Virus record (IMG/VR): IMGVR_UViG_3300042889_001503
Span: 1-64,000 of that record
Length of the DNA: 64,000 bases
Direction: 5' to 3' (one strand)
Shown: positions 9,699 through 19,436 of the stretch, piece after piece
Numbering within the stretch: the stretch's first letter is position 1
How the letters are laid out: the number at the start of each line of letters is the position of its first letter
Notes under the pieces: model-generated
Told to the model about the DNA's origin: nothing
Database searches by the model: none
The model's input: the letters and a program-made list of their open reading frames with translations, nothing else
Program-made: the position numbers and the translations under genes

Positions 9699-10626
9699 TC
9701 AAAAAAAATTAAAACTAGTGAAGGAGGGAATTAAAGCGTCTACTCTAAATAAAATGACTGATAGTCAGGTTGATGTGTTGTTCAGTAAATTACAAGAACA
9801 AGTTAGTACGGTAACTGAACCTGCTAAAACAGGATATAAAGTTGGTGATAAAGGTGGTAATTTACCTGCAACACCTAAAGGGTATAATGTAAAGAAAAAT
9901 CCTGATGGGACTATTCTTGCAACCCCTAACGAACAAGACAATACTTTAAATGTTGTCCAAGACCCTGACGCGACTGAGGACGGTATGGGTATGTTTGAAG
10001 AAAAAGAAATTGATGAAAAATTTGAATCAAAAAAACAACAAAAATATTTCTTCGCTAAATGTGGTGATGGAAAAACAAAAGAACAAAAAAAATGGTGTAA
10101 AATGGCTGATGAGTTTGCTGAAAAGACTAACTTTGCCAAACTTCCTGAAAAGAAAAAAGAAACCAAAGAAGGTTATGATGATATGGTTGGTGGGGCTTTA
10201 AATAAAATTGCTCAATCCAAATTAAGTCAGGTAAAACCAAGTGTTACTATGGGAGAAAGTAAAATTGAAAAAGAAATTATGAGACTTGTAGAAAAACACA
10301 TTACACCAAAAATGTCTAAAAAAGATTTTAATAATCTTTTAGAAGGAGACACAAAGACAGCTCCGGCGAAACCAAAGGTTAGTCCTGGTACAAAACCAAA
10401 ACATCCATTCCAACCGGACCCTGATAAAAAAGGAGCTCCTAAAGCAAAAAAAAGAGTGATGGATGAGGATACAAAAACTGCACCGGCAAAACCAAAAGTT
10501 AATCCGGGAACAAAACCAAAACATCCTTTTGCTCCGGACCCAAGTAAACAAGGTGCTCCAAAAGCAATTAAAAGAGAATTACCAAGTTTTTTAAAATTCA
10601 ATCAGTTAGGACTTAAAACAAAATAA
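9688..10626 (+). CDS. Lys/Pro-rich protein with duplicated 33-aa peptide (start moved to MNTNQ)
   Basis: The ATG at 9688 overlaps the end of the previous gene; DTKTAPAKPKV.PGTKPKHPF.PDP.K.GAPKA occurs twice. Confidence 0.75.
   Translation: MNTNQKKLKLVKEGIKASTLNKMTDSQVDVLFSKLQEQVSTVTEPAKTGYKVGDKGGNLPATPKGYNVKKNPDGTILATPNEQDNTLNVVQDPDATEDGMGMFEEKEIDEKFESKKQQKYFFAKCGDGKTKEQKKWCKMADEFAEKTNFAKLPEKKKETKEGYDDMVGGALNKIAQSKLSQVKPSVTMGESKIEKEIMRLVEKHITPKMSKKDFNNLLEGDTKTAPAKPKVSPGTKPKHPFQPDPDKKGAPKAKKRVMDEDTKTAPAKPKVNPGTKPKHPFAPDPSKQGAPKAIKRELPSFLKFNQLGLKTK
10348..10566 (+). repeat. direct repeat, two copies of about 99 bp with 120-bp period
   Basis: Copies at 10348-10446 and 10468-10566. Confidence 0.85.
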
Positions 10627-10628
10627 TT

Positions 10629-12017
10629 ATGAGCGTAAATTTAAAAATGGAAAAAATATTGAAAGCCAAAAGTGACTTAGATAAAAAATTAGTTAATGAA
10701 GGGTTAACCAATAATCAAACAACTATGTTGAACGAAATTAATCGTCGTTTAAATGAGGCTCCTGTTAGTTATGATGGTCCTGAAAGAATGGAACCGGGTA
10801 TTGAAAGACAAATTAATCAAAGAGAAACCCCATATAAAGAACATCCAGCATTACCACAAGATGGTGATAGAGATTTCATTGAAATGATTACCTCTCAACG
10901 ATTTAAAGACTCTGTAGACAAAGTAAGAAGATTTTTAGGTGATACTACACCAATTCAGGGAAATAATCCAATGATGGGACTAATGAGTTCTGTAATGGGT
11001 AGTTTACAACAAATTAAAAGAGTTGAAGTTCAAAACAAAGAATATCTTGAAAACTTGGCAGTTGATTTAGTTAAAAAAGAATTAGGTATTCCTGAAGGTC
11101 AATTACAGTTTGAGGTTGAATTAGTTAATGGACCAATGGGAGCGTCTGAAGGAATGCAAACACAACCGGAACAACCGGACGAAGAAGATGTCGAAGAAGC
11201 ATTCAAAGAAAGCGAAGAACACCAAGAAGAAATAGAAGACTTTATGGATTCTATGGAAAAATTCAATTTAGAGAAAGCAAAAAGAAGAATGATTAATTCA
11301 TTAGTTCAAGGAGCGGCATTTAAAGGTGGACATATGTATACATTAGTTAGTGACGAGATAAATAGATTAAGTCCAAACTTACTAAACCTATATGGTGTTA
11401 CACAATCATTGATGGAACACTTATATTGGTTATATCCGGATATGGAAAATATGGCCGGTGGTGGAGGTGGTCAAATGGGACAATCAGAATCTGACCCTGA
11501 AACTGACCCACCAACAATTAAAGCGAAAGCATTTACATTCCCTTTATTAGTTCACGAAATAGTTAAAGGTATTTATTCATTATATGGTGACCAAGGATTA
11601 CCAAACGACCCTGTTCAAAGAAGTATGGTTGTCGGTGCTGAGGATACATTACCAGCAGAAATATGGGATTCAAGATTAGGTCCAATATTTTGGGAAAAAT
11701 TCAGAGATTCTTGGCCTGATAAATTATATGAAGACGACCAAAGACACCTTCAACAATACTTATTTATGAAATTGTCTCAATTAGAGGCGAAAGATTTTAT
11801 TGTATTAGCGAAAGCCATTATGGCTGATAAACCTGAAGCAAAAGAGGTAATAAATAGAATGGTTGCAGAAATCGTTGAAATCCTTAAAAACCACGAGTAT
11901 GAATCAAAAATGTCTGATGACGAAGATGATGAAGACGATAGTGAAAATTATGGTGATTACGGATTTGATGACTTAGATGACTTAGATGATATTGATTTAT
12001 CTTCGTTAGGATTCTAA
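10629..12017 (+). CDS. hypothetical protein upstream of terminase
   Basis: 462-aa ORF with an acidic C-terminus. Confidence 0.8.
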   Translation: MSVNLKMEKILKAKSDLDKKLVNEGLTNNQTTMLNEINRRLNEAPVSYDGPERMEPGIERQINQRETPYKEHPALPQDGDRDFIEMITSQRFKDSVDKVRRFLGDTTPIQGNNPMMGLMSSVMGSLQQIKRVEVQNKEYLENLAVDLVKKELGIPEGQLQFEVELVNGPMGASEGMQTQPEQPDEEDVEEAFKESEEHQEEIEDFMDSMEKFNLEKAKRRMINSLVQGAAFKGGHMYTLVSDEINRLSPNLLNLYGVTQSLMEHLYWLYPDMENMAGGGGGQMGQSESDPETDPPTIKAKAFTFPLLVHEIVKGIYSLYGDQGLPNDPVQRSMVVGAEDTLPAEIWDSRLGPIFWEKFRDSWPDKLYEDDQRHLQQYLFMKLSQLEAKDFIVLAKAIMADKPEAKEVINRMVAEIVEILKNHEYESKMSDDEDDEDDSENYGDYGFDDLDDLDDIDLSSLGF

Positions 12018-12038
12018 AAATTACCGACAACAGTATGT

Positions 12039-13808
12039 ATGTCGAATTTAACAAAAGAACAAGTATTAATAGAATACGTAAAATGTAGTAGAGATATTGA
12101 ATACGCACTTAAGACGTATTTAGAAACTTATGATAACACCGTTAAAAAATATGTTCCATTGGAACTTTTTCCGGACCAGTTAACATTACTGAATGACTAC
12201 GAAGAATACAATGAGAATATAGCATTAAAATACAGACAGGCCGGGGTATCAACAGTTACCGCGGCTTGGATGTCTAAAAAACTTGTATTCGCAAGAAAAG
12301 AAACTCCCGAAAAAATATTAATTATCGCCAATAAGTTGGATACTTCATTGGAGATGGCGAACAAGATAAAAGCGTTCGTTGGTCAATGGCCGTCTTGGAC
12401 AGGTGTAGATTTTGATAAAGCAAAAAATTCCCAAAAACATTATAAGTTAACAAACGGATGTGAGGTTAAAGCCGTTGCAACATCTAAGGATGCCTTGCGT
12501 GGATTTACACCAACCATACTTGTATTTGATGAGGCGGCGTTTATTGAGGCAGATAGTGATTTCTGGTCTGCCTGTATGGCGTCCCTATCTACGGGGGGTA
12601 AAGTAATTGTGGTTTCAACACCTAACGGTTATGACGCAATTTACTATGAAATATACGACCAAGCGTTACGTAATATGAATGACTTCAAAATTACGGAAAT
12701 GTTTTGGTATCGAGACCCAAGATACACCAAAGATTTATTTTTTGTTAAAACAGATAACATTATTCATTATTTGTTAAACAAAGAGGAATATGACCCTAAT
12801 GGATTTATTGATTGGGGTAGTAAATCATATGACGCTCGAAACTTTGATGATGTTAAATTATTAATGAATGACGGATACAAACCTTGTTCATCTTGGTTTG
12901 AGGCGATGGTTAAGAAATTAAAATACGATAAACGTAAGGTTTCTCAGGAGTTAGAATGTAACTTTTTAGGTTCCGGAGATAACGTATTTGATTCTCTTAT
13001 GATGCAAGATATTCGTGAAAATCAAATCCAAGAACCTATTAACAAATTGATGGGGAATGCTCTTTGGATTTGGAAGGAACCGGTTGTTGGACATAAATAC
13101 ATTATGGGTGTCGACGTTTCCCGTGGGGATTCTGAAGATTTTAGTTCATTTCAAATTGTTGATTTTGATGAAAGAGAACAAGTTGCTGAATATGTTGGTA
13201 AATTACCACCCGATACTATGGCTGAAATTTGTCATAAATGGGCTGTTATATATTCTTGTTTTGTCGTTATCGATATTACAGGTGGTATGGGTGTTGCAAC
13301 TTCAAGAAAACTCCAAGAAATGAATTATCGTGATTTATATGTTGATGGTGTTGATGTCTCTAACAAATGGAAATACGACCCAGCCGCGGCAGATAAAATT
13401 CCGGGATTAAATTTTAATAATAAAAGGGTTCAAATTATTGCCTCATTTGAAGAGGCGATGAGACATAAATTTAGGATTTATAGTTCTCGTTTAAATAATG
13501 AGATGAACACCTTTGTATATATCAATGGTAGACCTGACCACCAAAAAGGACATCACGATGATTTAATTATGTCAATCGCGATGGCGACGTATGTTGCGGA
13601 GTCTTCTTTTGGAAAATTAACTAAAGTTACGGAACAAACTAAAGCGATGTTAGATTCTTGGTCCGTTAACAATAATGAATCAATTAAAGAAAACATCAAT
13701 TTTAACCCTGTAATCCCACATTATCAAGATAGAATAAATCAATTTAACAGCCAACAAGTTAGTCGAGACGATTATCAAAAATATGGTTGGTTATTTGGCG
13801 GAATGTAA
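12039..13808 (+). CDS. terL: terminase large subunit (T4 gp17-like)
   Basis: LKYRQAGVST (Walker A region), LVFDEAAF (Walker B), STPNG, QELEC, nuclease motifs GVDVSRG and HDDLIM. Confidence 0.92.
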   Translation: MSNLTKEQVLIEYVKCSRDIEYALKTYLETYDNTVKKYVPLELFPDQLTLLNDYEEYNENIALKYRQAGVSTVTAAWMSKKLVFARKETPEKILIIANKLDTSLEMANKIKAFVGQWPSWTGVDFDKAKNSQKHYKLTNGCEVKAVATSKDALRGFTPTILVFDEAAFIEADSDFWSACMASLSTGGKVIVVSTPNGYDAIYYEIYDQALRNMNDFKITEMFWYRDPRYTKDLFFVKTDNIIHYLLNKEEYDPNGFIDWGSKSYDARNFDDVKLLMNDGYKPCSSWFEAMVKKLKYDKRKVSQELECNFLGSGDNVFDSLMMQDIRENQIQEPINKLMGNALWIWKEPVVGHKYIMGVDVSRGDSEDFSSFQIVDFDEREQVAEYVGKLPPDTMAEICHKWAVIYSCFVVIDITGGMGVATSRKLQEMNYRDLYVDGVDVSNKWKYDPAAADKIPGLNFNNKRVQIIASFEEAMRHKFRIYSSRLNNEMNTFVYINGRPDHQKGHHDDLIMSIAMATYVAESSFGKLTKVTEQTKAMLDSWSVNNNESIKENINFNPVIPHYQDRINQFNSQQVSRDDYQKYGWLFGGM

Positions 13809-13828
13809 TATTTATTTAAAAAGAATAA

Positions 13829-16800
13829 ATGGGATTTGATAGTAGAAAAAAATCGGGTAATATAATCGGGGGGTCAAGACTTAATGTTATTGGTCAGGGG
13901 ATTTATAATGTGAAAATTATCCCACCTGGATTTACTAAGCGTTTACCTGCGTATGCCGATGCTGGTGGAAACCCACCAAGTCAAACACCAAGTAACACTC
14001 CAACTCAAACTCCAACACTATCAATAACCCCATCAAATACGCCAACACCTACATATACTCCAACACCAACTCAAACTGCAACACCATTATATTGTGATTT
14101 TAGTTATTATGTTAACGCAATCACTCCAACTCCAACATCAACATCATTAGCGTGTGATTTCACATATGAAGTCGAATTATTTACAAATACCCCAACACCA
14201 ACCCCAACACCAACTCCAACACAAACAATAACACAAACACCAACACAAACTGAGACGCCAACACAAACACCAACACAAACTGAGACGCCAACACAAACTC
14301 CAACACCAACACAAACTGAGACGCCAACACAAACCCCAACACAAACCCCAACATCCTCTCCATTACCACCAACAGTTGAGTATTTCCAAGATTGTTGTGA
14401 TAGTCTTACCGTATATAAAGTTGGTGGTGTATCAACCCCTATTATTGTTGGTAACACTTATTACATCAACACTGATGGATTTAGTGGTTGTGGGACTGCG
14501 GTAAGTGGTCCACCATATAATAGTCAATCTTTAATTATTAGTGTTACATCATACTCAAATTGTGTTCTGTGTGAGGTAGACAATCCTTGCCCAACACCAA
14601 CACCAACACCAACAATGACAGTAACACCAACAAATACTCAAACCCCAACGGTTACACAAACACCGACGGTTACTCAAACACCAACTAATACACCAACAAA
14701 TACTCAAACCCCAACTAATACACTTACACCTACACCTACTCCAACAGTTTGTATTCCACAAATGATATATAGTGGTGAAAAATTTATTAATATACCACTT
14801 CATACTAGTGCGTCTTTCAAACCGGATGGTACGATATTATATATTGCAATTCATAATGGTTCACCAACTGATAGTGTATGTGCTTATTCATTATCAACAC
14901 CGTGGGATGTTTCAACAATTACATTACCACTAATAGGATGTTCAATTGCTGTTCCGGTAATTTCCGGATTAACCCCTACTAGTGTAATTGGTCATCATTT
15001 TTCACCGGACGGTAGTAAATTATTTGTAGTTGAGACAGCATCAAAAAGTGTCCTTAGATATATATTATCAACATCGTGGGATGTTACAACATCTAGTTAT
15101 TCACCCGGTGACTTATTTACTATAGTTGGTTTAACTCCGTCACATATTGATTTTACCCCTGACGGTTTATTTATGTTTGTTACTGTTACGGGTAGCCTTC
15201 TTAAAAAATATAGTTTAACCACACCTTGGGTTATAAATACGGGGGTTGTGGAAATTCAATCAATTTCCAACTCAATTGTTTCCGATTTTACTTTTCAAAA
15301 TAGTGGAACTTATTTGTTTTCAATAGTATCAGGTCCAAGTATAAGAAGACAAACACTATCTACACCGTATGATTTAACTTCAATTGTTCCTGTTTTAACT
15401 CAGACAGAAAATGTAAGTAGTTTTATTTCAGGAGGTAATCTTTATTCTCTTAATTTTAAAGATGGTTATAAAGGGTTTATTGGTGGTTATTACTCAACCG
15501 GTTTGAACGGAATTACAGCTTTTAATCTTACCTGTGAATACGATATTAGCGGGACTTTAATATTACCAACACCTACTCCAACACCAACTCAGACGGTTAC
15601 ACCAACCAATACAGTTACTCCAACACCAACATTACCACCATCGTTTGTTTCAGTATGGAGAACAACAACACCATCTGAAAGTATTACATTACCATATTCA
15701 CCATCAGGAACATATAGTGGAACAATAGATTGGGGCGACGGTAGTATATCCGCTAACACATATGCAAATAGAACACACACATACTCATTATCAGGTAATT
15801 CTACTGTTACAATTTATGGAACAACTAATGGTTGGGCGTTTGGTAATACTGGTGACATATTAAAAATTAGAGAAGTTTTAAAATGGGGACCATTAAAAAT
15901 TAGTAATGGTGCTCAAGTTTTTAGAGGATGTAGTAATTTAGTATTAACCGGTGTTACGGACACTATTGATTTAACAAGTGTTAATAATTTAATTTATATG
16001 TTTGGAGGTTGTTCATCTCTTACAACCATCAACAACGTTAATAGTTGGAATGTTTCAGGAATTACCGTTATGAGTAATATGTTTCAATCATCAACTTTTG
16101 ACGATGATATAAGTTCTTGGAGTGTTTCAAATGTTACAGATATGAATCGTATGTTCCAATTTGGAGCATTTAACCATAATATAAATTCGTGGAATGTTTC
16201 AGGGGTTACAAGTATGGAAAATATGTTTAGACAATCTTCTTTTAATCAACCATTATCAGGTTGGAATGTTTCAAAGGTTACATCTACTATGGCAGGTATG
16301 TTTGATGGAACCTTATTTAACCAAGATATAAGTATGTGGAATGTTTCAGGGGTTACAAGTATGAGTGGTATGTTTAGATACACCCCATTTAATTATTCTC
16401 TTAATAATTGGAATGTTTCAAAGGTAACAAATATGTCTAATATGTTTTATGGTGCGTCATTTAATTTACCATTATCAGGCTGGAATGTTTCAAAGGTTAC
16501 AAATATGAATTCTATGTTCGCATCAACTTCACAATTTAACCAAAACATTAATTCGTGGAATGTTTCAGGTGTTACAGATATGGGTTCTATGTTTTATCAA
16601 AACGCATATTTTAACCAACCATTATCCGGATGGAGTGTGTCAAACGTTAGAAATATGTCTTTTATGTTTTACAATTCACCATTTAATTATCCTATTGGTA
16701 ATTGGGATGTTTTAAATGTTACAGGAATGACATCTATGTTCCAAAGTTCATCATTTAACCAAGACATCGGAAATTGGAATATATCGGGAGTAACCAATTT

Positions 16801-17017
16801 CACTGATTTTATGTTTGCAAAAACACCGATTACATTCTCAACAATAAATTTAGATTCTATTTATAATGGATGGCAAACCAAAACACCGCAAACCGGATTA
16901 ACAATTAATTTTGGTTCTGCAAAATACACATTAGCGAGTCAACCGGGTAAAGATATACTAACAGGTTCAACTATGAGCGGTGGATATGGTTGGACAATAA
17001 CAGATGGGGGGATATAA
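13829..17017 (+). CDS. large surface/fibre protein: Pro/Thr linkers, Cys-rich module, beta-propeller-like repeats, DUF285/BspA-like repeats
   Basis: (PT)n tracts; F.PDG..L(Y/F)....Y.LSTPWDV repeats; IDWGDG; FNQPLSGWNVS.VT.M..MF repeats. Confidence 0.85.
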   Translation: MGFDSRKKSGNIIGGSRLNVIGQGIYNVKIIPPGFTKRLPAYADAGGNPPSQTPSNTPTQTPTLSITPSNTPTPTYTPTPTQTATPLYCDFSYYVNAITPTPTSTSLACDFTYEVELFTNTPTPTPTPTPTQTITQTPTQTETPTQTPTQTETPTQTPTPTQTETPTQTPTQTPTSSPLPPTVEYFQDCCDSLTVYKVGGVSTPIIVGNTYYINTDGFSGCGTAVSGPPYNSQSLIISVTSYSNCVLCEVDNPCPTPTPTPTMTVTPTNTQTPTVTQTPTVTQTPTNTPTNTQTPTNTLTPTPTPTVCIPQMIYSGEKFINIPLHTSASFKPDGTILYIAIHNGSPTDSVCAYSLSTPWDVSTITLPLIGCSIAVPVISGLTPTSVIGHHFSPDGSKLFVVETASKSVLRYILSTSWDVTTSSYSPGDLFTIVGLTPSHIDFTPDGLFMFVTVTGSLLKKYSLTTPWVINTGVVEIQSISNSIVSDFTFQNSGTYLFSIVSGPSIRRQTLSTPYDLTSIVPVLTQTENVSSFISGGNLYSLNFKDGYKGFIGGYYSTGLNGITAFNLTCEYDISGTLILPTPTPTPTQTVTPTNTVTPTPTLPPSFVSVWRTTTPSESITLPYSPSGTYSGTIDWGDGSISANTYANRTHTYSLSGNSTVTIYGTTNGWAFGNTGDILKIREVLKWGPLKISNGAQVFRGCSNLVLTGVTDTIDLTSVNNLIYMFGGCSSLTTINNVNSWNVSGITVMSNMFQSSTFDDDISSWSVSNVTDMNRMFQFGAFNHNINSWNVSGVTSMENMFRQSSFNQPLSGWNVSKVTSTMAGMFDGTLFNQDISMWNVSGVTSMSGMFRYTPFNYSLNNWNVSKVTNMSNMFYGASFNLPLSGWNVSKVTNMNSMFASTSQFNQNINSWNVSGVTDMGSMFYQNAYFNQPLSGWSVSNVRNMSFMFYNSPFNYPIGNWDVLNVTGMTSMFQSSSFNQDIGNWNISGVTNFTDFMFAKTPITFSTINLDSIYNGWQTKTPQTGLTINFGSAKYTLASQPGKDILTGSTMSGGYGWTITDGGI

Positions 17018-17020
17018 TAT

Positions 17021-19432
17021 ATGGGAACAATTTTAAAAATATTATCAATAAATTACGACGGACAATTCGCCGACATTACCTTTTACCCTTGTTCGGGTGG
17101 GAGTATTAATATCGGTGAAGTTAACTTACCATATAATTATTATTCGGAAAATTACTACGGAACATATAACATTTATTTACTTGATTCGGGTAAAACTTGT
17201 TTGTTAAATGTTCCTTGTTTAACACCTACGCCTACTCCAACAACAACAATGACATTAACTCCAACAAATACTCCAACACCAACAAACACACCCGCACCAA
17301 ATTGTGATTTATTAGGTTTAGATATTACAACCCCAACCCCAACTCCAACACCTACAATGACACCAACACCAAGTTCTACACCATTATTACCATTTATATC
17401 TGTGTGGAGAACAACATCTCCGTCTGAGAGTATAACATTACCTTATTACGGTTTAGATTATTCAGGAACCATTGATTGGGGTGATGGAAATTTTTCGGCG
17501 AATACATTTGCAAATAGGACACATATTTATACAACTCCTGATGACTATGTAATAACTATTACAGGTAAAGTTAATGTGTGGTCGTTTTATTATACACCAA
17601 CAAGTAAACTTAAAATAAGAGAAATAACACAGTGGGGATGTCTTAACATAACTCAACTATCATATAATTTTTATGAGTGTTCTAATTTAATATTAACAGG
17701 TGTTACTGACACTCTAAATTTATCTCAAGTGACAAATTTAACATATATATTTCGTGGATGTTCGTCTATTACAACCATAAATAATATTAATAATTGGGAT
17801 GTTTCTAACATTACAGGTATGTCAGGAATGTTTGGTCAAAGTAATTTTAACGATAACATTAATAATTGGGATGTTTCGGGAGTTGAGGATATGAGTTATA
17901 TGTTCCAAGGAGCAACATCTTTCAACGAACCATTATCTGGTTGGACTGTTTCAGGTGTTACAAATATGTCGAATATGTTCCAAGGAACAACATCTTTCAA
18001 CCAACCATTATCAGGTTGGAACGTTTCAAATGTTGCGTCTATGACATATATGTTCCAAAATTCACAATTTAATCAAGATATTAATAATTGGGATGTTTCA
18101 AGTGTTATTTATATGAATTATATGTTTAACGGCACACCGTTTAATCAACCGTTGTCAGGTTGGAATGTTTCAAATGTTACAAGTACGTATTATATGTTTG
18201 CTAGCACCCCATTCAATCAACCAATCGGAAATTGGGATGTCTCAAAAGTGGTTAATATGGAGGGTATGTTCCAAAACGCAACATCCTTCAACCAACCAAT
18301 TAATAATTGGAATGTTTCAGGAGTTACCAATATGACATCAATACTCCAAAGCACTGATTTCAACCTACCATTATCCGGATGGAATGTTTCAAATGTCTAT
18401 AATATGACTTTTATGTTTGCCAATTCACCATTCAATCAACCAATTGGGAATTGGAATGTTTCGGGTGTTACAAATATGGTAGGTATGTTCCAAGGAGCAA
18501 CATCGTTCAATCAACCATTATCCGGATGGAATGTAAGTAACGTTAATAGTATGAGGCAAATGTTTAATACTGCTACCGACTTTAACCAACCTATTGGGTC
18601 TTGGAATGTTTCGGGGGTTACAGATTTGGGTTATATGTTTTATGCGTCATCATTTGACTATCCATTATCTGGGTGGAATGTTTCAAAAGTTACAGATATG
18701 ACTTATATGTTTGCCAATTCCCCATTCAATCAACCAATCGGAAATTGGGATGTCTCAAAAGTTAAAAATATGTCAGGTATGTTTGTCAATACATCATTTG
18801 ATTATCCGATTGGGAATTGGACTGTTTCAGGGGTAACAAATATGAGTAATATGTTTCAAAACGACCAATATTTTAATCAACCATTATCTGGATGGAACGT
18901 CTCAAATGTTGTTGATATGACATCTATGTTCCGAAATTCACAATTTAATCAAGATATTAATAATTGGGATGTTTCAAGTGTTATTTATATGAATTATATG
19001 TTCGCATCTTCCCTATTTAATCAACCATTATCCGGATGGAATGTTTCAAATGTTGGTGATATGAACAATATGTTTTATAATTCGGAGTTCAATTACCCTA
19101 TTGGAAATTGGGATGTATCTAATGTTGTTAATATGAACAATATGTTTAATATTAATACATATTTTAACCAAGATATTGGAAATTGGAGTATATCAAATGT
19201 AACTAATTTTACTGACTTTATGTTAGGTAAAACACCATTAACATTCTCAACAACAAATTTAGATTCAATCTATAGTGGATGGTCAACTAAAAATCCGTAT
19301 ACAGGAAGAACAATAAATTTTGGAAGTGCTAACTACACAATATCCGGAGGACAACCAGGTAAAAATACATTAACGGGTTCAACTATGAGTGGAGGATATG
19401 GTTGGACAATAACTGATGGAGGAGGAATTTAA
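17021..19432 (+). CDS. DUF285/BspA-like repeat surface protein with shared N-terminal module
   Basis: Roughly 20 repeats of about 25 aa (FNQP(L/I)..W(N/D)VS.VT.M..MF); IDWGDG; PT linker. Confidence 0.88.
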   Translation: MGTILKILSINYDGQFADITFYPCSGGSINIGEVNLPYNYYSENYYGTYNIYLLDSGKTCLLNVPCLTPTPTPTTTMTLTPTNTPTPTNTPAPNCDLLGLDITTPTPTPTPTMTPTPSSTPLLPFISVWRTTSPSESITLPYYGLDYSGTIDWGDGNFSANTFANRTHIYTTPDDYVITITGKVNVWSFYYTPTSKLKIREITQWGCLNITQLSYNFYECSNLILTGVTDTLNLSQVTNLTYIFRGCSSITTINNINNWDVSNITGMSGMFGQSNFNDNINNWDVSGVEDMSYMFQGATSFNEPLSGWTVSGVTNMSNMFQGTTSFNQPLSGWNVSNVASMTYMFQNSQFNQDINNWDVSSVIYMNYMFNGTPFNQPLSGWNVSNVTSTYYMFASTPFNQPIGNWDVSKVVNMEGMFQNATSFNQPINNWNVSGVTNMTSILQSTDFNLPLSGWNVSNVYNMTFMFANSPFNQPIGNWNVSGVTNMVGMFQGATSFNQPLSGWNVSNVNSMRQMFNTATDFNQPIGSWNVSGVTDLGYMFYASSFDYPLSGWNVSKVTDMTYMFANSPFNQPIGNWDVSKVKNMSGMFVNTSFDYPIGNWTVSGVTNMSNMFQNDQYFNQPLSGWNVSNVVDMTSMFRNSQFNQDINNWDVSSVIYMNYMFASSLFNQPLSGWNVSNVGDMNNMFYNSEFNYPIGNWDVSNVVNMNNMFNINTYFNQDIGNWSISNVTNFTDFMLGKTPLTFSTTNLDSIYSGWSTKNPYTGRTINFGSANYTISGGQPGKNTLTGSTMSGGYGWTITDGGGI

Positions 19433-19436
19433 TATT

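Noticed and set aside
12039-13808. Terminase Walker A lacking the usual Lys (RQAGVST), suggesting an inactive gene or an intein
   Set aside because: All other ATPase and nuclease motifs are intact, the length is normal and no Hint motifs are present; treated as a natural variant
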